Made by a program: the position numbers and the translations under genes. Shown piece after piece: positions 17,032 to 26,100 of a stretch of 57,961 nucleotides of DNA. Below the pieces are notes generated by a model that saw nothing but the letters and a program-made list of their open reading frames with translations, made no database searches and was not told the DNA's origin. This DNA is from an uncultured Candidatus Saccharibacteria bacterium (GTDB lineage Bacteria > Patescibacteriota > Minisyncoccia > UBA6257 > 2-01-FULL-56-20), in contig CAYIAX010000001.1 of assembly GCA_964361595.1 (NCBI GenBank), positions 164,128 through 222,088 on the forward strand. The letters run 5' to 3'. Position 1 is the first letter of the stretch, and each line of letters opens with the position of its first letter.

Positions 17032-18805
17032 ATGACTTCTGAAATTAGAAACTGCCAAAATTGCCATAAGGAATTCGCGATCGACAGTGAAGACTTTGCC
17101 TTTTACGAAAAGTTGAACGTGCCGCCGCCGACCTGGTGCCCGGATTGTCGTCTGCAGCGGCGGCTGCTCTTTATGAACGAACGCGGACTTTATCGGCGGA
17201 ATTGCGATTTGTGCGGCAAGAACATGGTTGCGATGTACCCGAAGGACAAATCCTTCAGGGTTTACTGCAATCCGTGCTGGTGGAGTGATAAATTGGGACG
17301 GCACGCAATATGCCCGCGATTACGATCTCGCCAAGCCCTTTCTCTCGCAGTTAAAGGAGTTGAATGAGGCCACGCCGCAGATGGCCCTGGAGGTAAATTA
17401 TCCAACGCTCGTTAATTCCGAATACGTTAACCATGCGGCCACGGCCAAGAATTGCTATCTCATTTATACGGCCGATGAGTGCGAGAACGTGCTTTACTCG
17501 GAAATTCTGGCCCATATCAGGGACAGCATGGATTGTACGCGCTCGCAAAATCTGGAATTATGCTGCGGCAATGTAAATTGCGCTCGCTGCAGCAAGGTAT
17601 TTTTCTCGGAAGATTGCGTAGATTCGAGCGATCTCTATTTTTCGTACAATTGTCGCGGCTGCCAGAACTGCTTCGGGTGCATGAATTTAAGAAGAAAAAG
17701 CTACCATATTTTTAACGAGCCTTACGATAAAGATTCATATTTTAAGAAATTAGAATCTTTTAAACTGGGTTCATTTGAATCCATCGAAAAATACAAAGAG
17801 GAAGCGCATGCTTTTTGGCTTAGATTTCCCCGTAAATTCATGCAGGCCGGGTCAAAAAGCGTAAACGTTACCGGCCAAAATGTCATTTGGTCAAAAAACT
17901 CAAGAAATTGCTGGAACACTGTCGGCGTGGAGGATTGTCGTTACTGCCAGATTATTACTATGCCGTCCGTCAAAGATTCTTACGATTACACGATTTGGGG
18001 CAACGGTGCCCAGCGGATTTACGAATGCATGATTGTGGGCGAAGGCGCGGACACGGTGAAATTCTCTTCCCAGTGCTGGCCGAACGTGCGCAATATCGAG
18101 TATTCGGTTTTTGCGATTTCCTCGCACGATCTTTTCGGCTGTGCAAATGTGCGTAACAAGCAATACTGCATTTTGAATAAACAGTATGCGAAAGAGGAGT
18201 ACGAGGCCCTGCGGGAGCGCATCATCAAAGATATGAATGAAAAACCGTACGTGGATGCGAATGGGCGCGTCTTCAAGTACGGAGAGTTTTTGCCCTACGA
18301 GCTTAGTCCATTCGGCCACAACGAAAGTTATGCGGCTGACTTTTTCCCGCTCACCAAGGAACAGGCGCTCGCGCAGGGATTTTCTTGGTATGAGAGCGAA
18401 CCTAATCCGTATAAGCCGACCATCAAAGCCCAAGAGCTGCCGGATAGCATCGGCGACGTAAAGGATGCTATTCTTGACCAAATTATCGAGTGCGGCACCT
18501 GTAAGCGGCCGTTTAAGGTGATCCCGCTCGAGCTTACATTGCTGCGCCGCTTCAATTTGCCTCTGCCGCGCGCCTGTTCGCAGTGCCGTTACAAGGAACG
18601 CTTGGCGCGTATTAACCCGTCGCGGTTAATGAAGCGAAAATGCATGTGCGGCGGAGCAAATAGCGAAGGGCAGATAGCTTATCGTAATACAGCGAGGCAT
18701 CCGCATGGTGATGGAGCTTGTCCGAATGAATTTGAAACATCCTATTCGCCGGATCAGCCCGAAATAATTTACTGCGAGGCTTGCTACAATGCAGAAGTTG
18801 CATAG
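17032..18805 (+). pseudogene. Cys-rich multi-zinc-ribbon protein, paralogue P1 (needs a +1 shift near 17293)
   Basis: ORFs 17032-17367 and 17228-18805 together reproduce the full paralogue layout. Frame 1 reads ...CNPCWWSDK and frame 2 continues WDGTQYARDYDLAKPF, as in P5-P8. One extra T in GAT AAA T TGG breaks the frame. Confidence 0.8.
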
Positions 18806-18819
18806 ATTGGAACAAGCCG

Positions 18820-18867
18820 ATGTCTCACCGAAACTTTAGTGAAGGCGGACGAAAGTTGTTACAATAG
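18820..18867 (+). other. Candidate micro-ORF (15 aa, MSHRNFSEGGRKLLQ) in the P1 3-prime echo module
   Basis: ATG 14 nt after the P1 stop. The FSEGGRKLL core is shared with micro-ORFs at 27431-27481(-) and 44802-44858(-). Confidence 0.25.
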
Positions 18868-19010
18868 TGAAGTAGCTTAAATATGAAGTAAACTGCCACC
18901 AGAGGCGAGCCTCGCCCAAGGGCGGGAAGTCTCGCCGCATCCGCTCGCCGCGGAGAAGGCGGACGAACAATGTTATCAAAGCGAAGTAGCGTAAATTAGC
19001 GACAAGCATC

Positions 19011-20804
19011 ATGCAGAAAGAAACGAGGATTTGTCAAAATTGTAAACAGCAGTTTGCGATTGAACCGGACGATTTTTCGTTCTACGAAAAAATCAAGGTG
19101 CCGCCGCCGACGTTTTGCTGGAAATGCAGGGCGATACGAAGAATGGCTTTCCGGAATATGCGGCATCTTTACGCCCGGAATTGCAACGCAACCGGAACAA
19201 AAATATACACATTGATCCCTCCCCGGGAACAGATGCCGGTATACGAGAATCGGTATTGGGCAAGCGACAAGTGGAATCCTCTTGATTATGGTAGGGATTA
19301 CGATTTTTCAAGACCGTTCTTTGAGCAGTTTCGGGAACTTTATAATTCCGTGCCCTGGGGAGTGATGTGGTCCATGGACAACGTGAACAGCGAATACAGC
19401 CAAACAGCTTTCTCGAAGAATCTGTATCTTTGCTTCGATTCTGGCTATGCCGAAGACTGTTCTTACGGAGTCACTATTCTATATAGCAAACAATGCTTCG
19501 ACGGAGTTAACCTAAAAGATTGCGAGCTTTGTTATTACTCAATCAATACAAATCAGTCTTTCAAAACTTTCTTTTCAAGGAATTGCACCGCCTGCGTCGA
19601 TGTTTGGTTCAGTCAGGATTGCATTGGCTGTACGAATTGCTTCAGTTGCAGCGGCCTGCGCAATAAAAGCTACTGCATATTCAACGAACAACACGATAAG
19701 CAGGCCTATGAAGAAAAGTTAAATGAAATGAAACTCGATTCCTGGTCCGGCATCAAAAAAGCCAGGGAATTGGCAGAGAGCTTTTGGCAAAGATCGCCGG
19801 TCAAATTCTGGCATGCCGTCCAAGTTTCTCGAAGCTCCGGCGATTATTTATACAACGGAGCGGAACTGGTGAATTGTTTCTTTGTCGGCAATGCCCAGAA
19901 CATGAGGTATTGCCAAAGCGTTATATATCCGCCGAACAAGGATGGTATGGATGTTACTTCGAGCGAAGGAACGGAACTCGCATACGAAACGTTTACATGC
20001 GGCAGCGGAGTCAGAAAAACAGTGGGAACCGTTGAATGTGCAAATATAAGCGATAGCTATTATTCGATCAATTGCAGACAAGCTACTAATCTTTTTGGCT
20101 GTATAGCTTTGAAAAGTAAGAACTACTGCATTTTGAATAAGCAGTACAGCAAGGAAGAATATTTGGAACTGTTGCCTAAAATAAAAAAACACATGAAAGA
20201 TATGCCCTATGTTGACGACAAGGGCCGAGTCTACGGCTATGGAGAATTCTTTCCTTTTGATATGAGTTCCCATGGATATAATCGCTCGCAGGCATTTGAA
20301 TATTTTCCTTTGACGGAAAGTGAAGCGCGGAGAATGGGTTACAGGTGGCAGTCTCTGGAAGAAAGAAATTACAAAATAACGAAAAGTTCGGCTGATTTGC
20401 CTGACAGCATTCATGAAGTTGGCGAATCAATTCTTGGTGAGGTTATACAGTGCGAACATGAAGAAATTAAGAAGCATCCGCATGAATGCGGTATTGATTG
20501 CGCGAGCGCCTTTCGAATAACCAAGCAAGAACTCGATTTTTATAAAACGATGAAATTACCTCTGCCGAGGATGTGTTTCAATTGCAGGCATATCGACAGA
20601 ATAAAATGGAGGAATCAGCCCGAGCTGTATCACCGAACTTGTGCATGCCTAAGTGCTAGTCGCCAACCGCCAAACGCCTATCGAAACACGGTAGAGCACT
20701 TTCACGGAGCAGGGAAGTGTCCGAATGAATTCGAAACAACATATGCTCCGGAGCGGCCGGAAATCGTGTATTATGAACAGTGTTACCAAGCGGAAGTGGT
20801 ATAA
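19011..20804 (+). CDS. Cys-rich multi-zinc-ribbon protein, paralogue P2 (597 aa; several Zn ligands lost)
   Basis: Family motifs are present: CQNC..F.I.PDDF.FYEKIKVPPPTFC..CR, CIGCTNCFSCSGLRNKSYCIFN, NLFGCIALKSKNYCILNKQYSKEEY and CPNEFETTYAPERPEIVY. The x17 ribbon is degenerate (NCNATGTK...VYENRYW). Confidence 0.85.
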   Translation: MQKETRICQNCKQQFAIEPDDFSFYEKIKVPPPTFCWKCRAIRRMAFRNMRHLYARNCNATGTKIYTLIPPREQMPVYENRYWASDKWNPLDYGRDYDFSRPFFEQFRELYNSVPWGVMWSMDNVNSEYSQTAFSKNLYLCFDSGYAEDCSYGVTILYSKQCFDGVNLKDCELCYYSINTNQSFKTFFSRNCTACVDVWFSQDCIGCTNCFSCSGLRNKSYCIFNEQHDKQAYEEKLNEMKLDSWSGIKKARELAESFWQRSPVKFWHAVQVSRSSGDYLYNGAELVNCFFVGNAQNMRYCQSVIYPPNKDGMDVTSSEGTELAYETFTCGSGVRKTVGTVECANISDSYYSINCRQATNLFGCIALKSKNYCILNKQYSKEEYLELLPKIKKHMKDMPYVDDKGRVYGYGEFFPFDMSSHGYNRSQAFEYFPLTESEARRMGYRWQSLEERNYKITKSSADLPDSIHEVGESILGEVIQCEHEEIKKHPHECGIDCASAFRITKQELDFYKTMKLPLPRMCFNCRHIDRIKWRNQPELYHRTCACLSASRQPPNAYRNTVEHFHGAGKCPNEFETTYAPERPEIVYYEQCYQAEVV

Positions 20805-20811
20805 ATCATAT

Positions 20812-21903
20812 ATGAACTGGTTCTTGAAAATAGTTTTTGGTGTGCTGGCAATCGTATTCTTTCTGCAGGTCTTCAGCAATTTTTTACTAATTCCAGTAGA
20901 TCCAATTTTGAGACTATTTGGCCTAAGGAAGTCGCCACTCGGCCTATTTGTAAGCGTTTTTTATGGTTTTCTTTTCCTCTTTGCAATTTCTTTCATAGCG
21001 GAAATAATCTACTCACTCGGCTTTTCAAAAGCACAAACTGATTCTTTAAAGCGAAAAATTTTTGTACAGTTTTTACTTTCTTTTTTCACGGTTTGGGCTA
21101 CATTCTTCAGTTACGGGGTTTTAGCGGCATTCAAATTATTGCCAGCGCAATTGGAAAATAATCAATTTTTGAGCTATTACCTTTTTTGGTTCTTTATCTT
21201 GGAAATACTAACGATACGCACCAAGCGGGTTTCGGAATCAAGCCCCAGTGGCAATAAACCAGTCTTTGAAGGAAAAAGAATGACTTGGTATGCATATCTT
21301 TTTAAAAAAGAAAAATGGCCGAAACCCGTGCAGCCGCCCGGCAAACTTATTCTTAGGGATAACTTGAGCGGGAATATAGTTGCTGTGATATTTCTAGTTA
21401 TCTTCGCATTTTTCCTGCGGCTTTTTCTTCCAGTTCTTACGATGTTTGCGGTCTTGCCCGTTAATCCGCCGGAGGCGACTCCCATCTTCCGATTGACCTT
21501 CGGAGTTTTCGCAACGGGAATAGTTTATATTTCCATTCGTCTCCTCGGTACAATATTTGCCCGCCCGCTCAAGCTCTACGAAGACAGACTCGACATTCCC
21601 TTATCCACGCTGTCCAACGATCCGCTTTTTACATACTTGCTTCCCCGCGCGCATATGGAGATAGAGCCCAATCAAGTGAATGCATATAAAATATTTTTAG
21701 AGCGGATACCAAGAAGGGGAAGAGATTCATATCATCCCCACCTTAAAATAACCCTCTTAGATGGAACAAATATTTTTGCGCCGTTCGGCGGAGATAGAAC
21801 TAGACTAGCGGAAGCAGTTAGTATAGTTTTACAAAAAGCCAAGAAAGAAGAGCTCACTGTGGAAGAAAGAGAAATTGAAGCAATGGAACGAGAGGAGGGA
21901 TAA
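20812..21903 (+). CDS. Hypothetical polytopic membrane protein
   Basis: Multiple TM helices. I moved the start to ATG 20812 because the track start at 20725 overlaps P2. No recognisable domain. Confidence 0.6.
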   Translation: MNWFLKIVFGVLAIVFFLQVFSNFLLIPVDPILRLFGLRKSPLGLFVSVFYGFLFLFAISFIAEIIYSLGFSKAQTDSLKRKIFVQFLLSFFTVWATFFSYGVLAAFKLLPAQLENNQFLSYYLFWFFILEILTIRTKRVSESSPSGNKPVFEGKRMTWYAYLFKKEKWPKPVQPPGKLILRDNLSGNIVAVIFLVIFAFFLRLFLPVLTMFAVLPVNPPEATPIFRLTFGVFATGIVYISIRLLGTIFARPLKLYEDRLDIPLSTLSNDPLFTYLLPRAHMEIEPNQVNAYKIFLERIPRRGRDSYHPHLKITLLDGTNIFAPFGGDRTRLAEAVSIVLQKAKKEELTVEEREIEAMEREEG

Positions 21904-21945
21904 AAGGAAACAAGCCAATCCATTTTAATCAACGAAATTTAATCA

Positions 21946-22446
21946 ATGAAACCAAGTTTTAACGAAAATCCAAATTCAAAAATCGAAAAAGCCGCCCGCG
22001 AGATCGGGGAGGAATTTGAGGCGAAAAAGCTCAATGCTCAAGCCAGCGTCAATGAATGGGTTAAACGCGCTCCCCAAGAAAAGAAAGAAATAAACTTGAA
22101 AGAAAGACTAAAAGGTTTGCACGAAGAGACTTTAAGGCGCGCAAAAGTTTCGGGAGAAATGAAACAGTTCAAGACCAAGCTGGCGGTTGACTCGCTGGAA
22201 TACCTCATCGAAAAGGGGATTATCAAAGAAAATTTGCCGGTTAACCTTGATGAGCTAAAAGGCCAGTTGCGGGATAATGTGGATAAATCAACCGGACAAC
22301 ATTTGGATATAGAAGCCGAGGCCGCCATGACCAAAGCGATATATGCTTTATCTTATCTAAAAGACAATCATTTGTTGCCTCTGCATCAGAACGCTGCCGA
22401 GTTGCTGGCCCAATTAAAAGAGCAATTAGCCAAGCGCAAGCCTTAG
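21946..22446 (+). CDS. Hypothetical charged, helical protein (166 aa)
   Basis: Clean ORF, Lys/Glu-rich, likely coiled coil. No recognisable domain. Confidence 0.5.
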   Translation: MKPSFNENPNSKIEKAAREIGEEFEAKKLNAQASVNEWVKRAPQEKKEINLKERLKGLHEETLRRAKVSGEMKQFKTKLAVDSLEYLIEKGIIKENLPVNLDELKGQLRDNVDKSTGQHLDIEAEAAMTKAIYALSYLKDNHLLPLHQNAAELLAQLKEQLAKRKP

Positions 22447-22557
22447 CGGAAACTTGAAATCGACTCCTAAAGGGGAGATAGGGCGTTGATCTATTATATC
22501 TGTCGCACATTATATCTTTTACGACATATATATTCAGATTAAGCCTTGCTGATACTT

Positions 22558-23193
22558 TTAAGCGTTTTGAATCGCTAATCGCGGGTTCCCTCTTCCCACC
22601 GGAAAATAAACAGGAATCACGGGAAAATTAAGCCCCGAAATAATTTCTCGGTAAGTCTCCTTTTCTGTCTTATCACGGCCGGACCAGTACTCCTTAAGCT
22701 TGATGTTCTTGCCGGTTAAAGTTTTAAAAACCAGGCCTCCGAAAGCCAGAATTAGCTTAGGCCGTACGATCCTCAATTCGGGCCGTAGATGCCTCAAATT
22801 GGCCTTTATAAGCCCGATTTCGGGGTAATTGCCATGAGGCAAGCAGCACTTCACGATGTTTGTCAGGTATAAACGGTTGTTTAGCAATCCGCGCTGAATT
22901 TTAAGCGTATGTTCGGCTGACCAATTTTTGGCGTTCGGTAAATTTAACGCAACTGATTTATTGATCAAGCCGCCGGCTGCCAAAATTTGCCAGAGCTGCC
23001 GGACACCGATGAATGGAAATCTCGGCCCGCGGTAACCGGCGCGCGAACTGATATTTCGATAAGTGGGATTCACGAATAAAAGCAGGAATTTGGGCCGCCG
23101 CGCGCCGGAGCCGTGAATATGTCGCAAAATATTTTTGCTTAGGCGGCAAAAATTGCAGCGGTCAACTTTTCGATATAGATCGCTAAGCGCCAC
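22558..23193 (-). CDS. Uracil-DNA glycosylase superfamily protein (family 4/5-like)
   Basis: N-terminal C.FC.L, GSG...LLLFVNPT, LYLTNIVKC and ILAFGG motifs fit UDG family 4/5. Confidence 0.7.
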   Translation of the reverse strand: MALSDLYRKVDRCNFCRLSKNILRHIHGSGARRPKFLLLFVNPTYRNISSRAGYRGPRFPFIGVRQLWQILAAGGLINKSVALNLPNAKNWSAEHTLKIQRGLLNNRLYLTNIVKCCLPHGNYPEIGLIKANLRHLRPELRIVRPKLILAFGGLVFKTLTGKNIKLKEYWSGRDKTEKETYREIISGLNFPVIPVYFPVGRGNPRLAIQNA

Positions 23194-23194
23194 G

Positions 23195-24478
23195 TTAAAG
23201 CAAATAATCTTCCGGATTCAGCACGACGCCCACCGGGACCAAGCCGGCCGCGGGCGGTACGGATTTCATCTGGATCGAAGGCGCCCAATAAGCGCCGAAG
23301 TGCAGGTGTGGCCCCGTGGCATAGCCCGTGGAACCCGAGTAGCCGATCAATTCTCCCCTCTTGACCGCTTGGCCGGGAGCAACAAGTTGTTTGGAAAGAT
23401 GAGCATAGAGCGTGGCCAAGTCATTCGTATGGCGCACTAAAACATATTTGCCATACTGGTATTTGCTCCAGCGGCTTCTGTCATTATTATCCACGGCCAT
23501 TACAACTCCGTCCGCCGCGGCATAAACTGGCGTGCCGATCGGGATGCCGATGTCCAATCCGTTGTGAGGTTTGCCTTTGTAAAGATACGAACGCTCGCCG
23601 TAATGTTGGGTAATGCGTCCCGGGCCGCCAAAATCCACCATCTTAATCGGCCAAGCAAAGACGCCGGCGCGTTCGGTCGGCAAAACGCTGGTGTCGAATT
23701 CCGAGCGCAGTTTTTCTTCGACGCGAGCGATCTCATCCTCAATCGCATCTTGTTGCTTCTTAAGCTCGCTGACCTGCTGTTCATAAACGGATTCTTTGCT
23801 CTTGGTTTGGGTCAAGATCGTATTCCTGGCTTCTTTTTGATCTTGAACGAGCGATTTTCTTACTTCCAGACTTTGCCGACGCTGTTCGATCAAAGTTTTC
23901 TTCGAGGCCACTTCTTCCACTTTGTCATTTAATCTGCCGTGCAATAAACGCAAATTATCAATATCAAGCGCCAGCTGGCTCCGCAAATTTGTGAGCGACT
24001 GCGCCTCAAATACGCTGTCGGCGAGGCTGCCGTTCTTTAAGAGCATAATGAGCGGCGAAGTACGGTCCTTCTGCTGCATCTCGCGCAGAATGTGCATGAT
24101 TGCTTCCCGTTTCTCATCCACGGAAATTTCGATATCCTGGATGTCGTAGCCTAAGGAATCAATCTCAAAACCGAGTTTCTGGCTTGTGATCTCGTCGGAT
24201 TTCATATAAAGCTCGAGTTGGTCGATATTGCGCTCCAGGGTTTTGAGTTCGCGTTGCAGCGAAAGCCGCTGATCTTTGGTTTGGCGCAGGCTCTCTTGGG
24301 TAGTTAAGAGCTCTTTATTTACGCGTTCCAGCTCTTCCGCGCGCGACCGGATCAGTTGTTCCAGCTCTCCGCGGCTCGTTGGCACAGCGAGCGGTGCCGG
24401 CGTAGCTTCTTCGGCCCTGGTTAAAGGCATAAGCGTGAGAACCGCGCCGGCAACCATGATTGAAATCAAGCGTTTCAT
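23195..24478 (-). CDS. M23 (LytM-type) peptidoglycan endopeptidase with N-terminal coiled coil
   Basis: Signal peptide, long coiled coil, and C-terminal HNGLDIG...YAHLS...GSTGYATGPHLHF M23 motifs. Confidence 0.85.
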   Translation of the reverse strand: MKRLISIMVAGAVLTLMPLTRAEEATPAPLAVPTSRGELEQLIRSRAEELERVNKELLTTQESLRQTKDQRLSLQRELKTLERNIDQLELYMKSDEITSQKLGFEIDSLGYDIQDIEISVDEKREAIMHILREMQQKDRTSPLIMLLKNGSLADSVFEAQSLTNLRSQLALDIDNLRLLHGRLNDKVEEVASKKTLIEQRRQSLEVRKSLVQDQKEARNTILTQTKSKESVYEQQVSELKKQQDAIEDEIARVEEKLRSEFDTSVLPTERAGVFAWPIKMVDFGGPGRITQHYGERSYLYKGKPHNGLDIGIPIGTPVYAAADGVVMAVDNNDRSRWSKYQYGKYVLVRHTNDLATLYAHLSKQLVAPGQAVKRGELIGYSGSTGYATGPHLHFGAYWAPSIQMKSVPPAAGLVPVGVVLNPEDYLL

Positions 24479-25914
24479 AGAATTGAAGCAAGTTTGGCGA
24501 GCGCGAGCGTGAGCCTTCGCAGGGTTTCTTCTTTCTCCAGGACTTCGACGATCTGGATGGGGTCAGGCGAGGCCCGGAGGCCCGAAACTGCCACCCGCAA
24601 AGGCCAGAGCACTGATCCCCTGCCGTACTCTTCTTCGATTCCCGCCAGAACTTCCATCACTTTTTGCCGGTCGAGATCAGTGAGTTCGCTTAGCGCGGCT
24701 TGGATTTTCTTGAGAATAGTTTGGGTCGTCGCGGGGAGATCATTTTTCCACAGCAAGAGTTCAGGCGCATAATCCGGCAGCGAGAAAAAGAATTCCGTCT
24801 GTTCCGGAAATTCGCTTAACCGATCCAATCGCTCGCGTCCCAGTGAAACCAATTTATCTAACTGGCCATTCGGCATTTGGAGATGCTCCTCTTTAAGAAA
24901 AGGCCGCAAACGTTCCTTAAGTTCGTCATTGCTCAATAATTTAATATGTTCGCGATTCAGCCAATTCAATTTATGCTCGTCGAAAATCGCGCCGGCTTTC
25001 TGCGCGCGCTTTAGATCAAATTCCTTGACTAGTTCGGCTTGCGAGAAAACTTCCTGGTCATGCGATGGATGCCAGCCCAAAAGCGCCAAAAAATTCATGA
25101 TTGCTTCCGGCAAGTAGCCTTCATCACGGTACTTCAAGAGCGAAGTTTCCGTATAGCGTTTGGAAAGTTTTTTGCGGTCCGGCGCGAGGATCAGCGGCAA
25201 GTGCGCATATTGCGGCTCGCGGAAATTAAGCGCGCGCTGGATGAGGATTTGTTTGGGCGTGTTCGATAAGTGTTCTTCGCCGCGGATCACGTGCGTGATG
25301 CCCATTAGTTCGTCGTCGACGGCAACGGCAAAATTGTAAAGCGGCGAATCAAGATGCCGCGCAATGACCATGTCGCCCACAAGCCCCATATCGAACTTTA
25401 CGGTGCCGCGGATCAAATCTTTGAATTCGATTTCGGTTTCGGGAGTTTTAAATCGGATTGCCTGTGGCAATTTGCCGGTGGGTGACGCAGTGAGATTCCG
25501 GCAGTGGCCCCCGTACTTCGGCGGCAAACCTTCGGCTGTAAGCGCCTGCCGTTCGGCTTCCAATTCTTCTTTGGTGCAGTAGCAATAATATGCCCGGCCG
25601 TCGGCTAATAATTGTTCAAGATACTTGCGATAAATCGGCAATCGTTCGCTCTGACGGTAAGGTCCATAATCGCCTTTGTCGGGCCCCTCATCCCAGTTGA
25701 GGCCGAGCCAAGCCATAGCTTCGGCGATTTCCGTTTCGAACTCTTTGGCAGATCGCTCGAGATCGGTATCCTCAAAACGCAGGATAAAAGCCCCGCCATG
25801 CTTACGGACAAAAAGCCAGTTAAATAAGGCTGTACGGGCTCCTCCCAGGTGCCAATGGCCGGTCGGACTAGGCGGGAAACGCACTCTAATAGCCGGTTTT
25901 GCGGTCGAAACCAT
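24475..25914 (-). CDS. gltX: Glutamyl-tRNA synthetase
   Basis: RVRFPPSPTGHWHLGGARTALFNW (HIGH region) and KLSKR (KMSKS-type) motifs. Confidence 0.92.
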   Translation of the reverse strand: MVSTAKPAIRVRFPPSPTGHWHLGGARTALFNWLFVRKHGGAFILRFEDTDLERSAKEFETEIAEAMAWLGLNWDEGPDKGDYGPYRQSERLPIYRKYLEQLLADGRAYYCYCTKEELEAERQALTAEGLPPKYGGHCRNLTASPTGKLPQAIRFKTPETEIEFKDLIRGTVKFDMGLVGDMVIARHLDSPLYNFAVAVDDELMGITHVIRGEEHLSNTPKQILIQRALNFREPQYAHLPLILAPDRKKLSKRYTETSLLKYRDEGYLPEAIMNFLALLGWHPSHDQEVFSQAELVKEFDLKRAQKAGAIFDEHKLNWLNREHIKLLSNDELKERLRPFLKEEHLQMPNGQLDKLVSLGRERLDRLSEFPEQTEFFFSLPDYAPELLLWKNDLPATTQTILKKIQAALSELTDLDRQKVMEVLAGIEEEYGRGSVLWPLRVAVSGLRASPDPIQIVEVLEKEETLRRLTLALAKLASIL

Positions 25915-26100
25915 AATGAGGCCAGTCTAGCATTAAAAACGGCTCCAGCAAAGGATTTTGGGCCAAAAAAGGACTTATAAATAGCCTAATTTACCCCGTT
26001 ACAAGGAAGCTGCGGCGCAAGACCTTTTGATAGCGTCGTGCATATGGTCTTCGAGACAAAATACTATGAACGTAATCTCGTGGCTGCTTTGTAACGGGAT

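Noticed and set aside
25995-26098. SRP (4.5S) RNA, suggested by an aaggaagc string.
   Set aside because: It lacks the conserved helix-8 GNAR tetraloop context and the symmetric-loop motifs. I kept it only as a generic hairpin.
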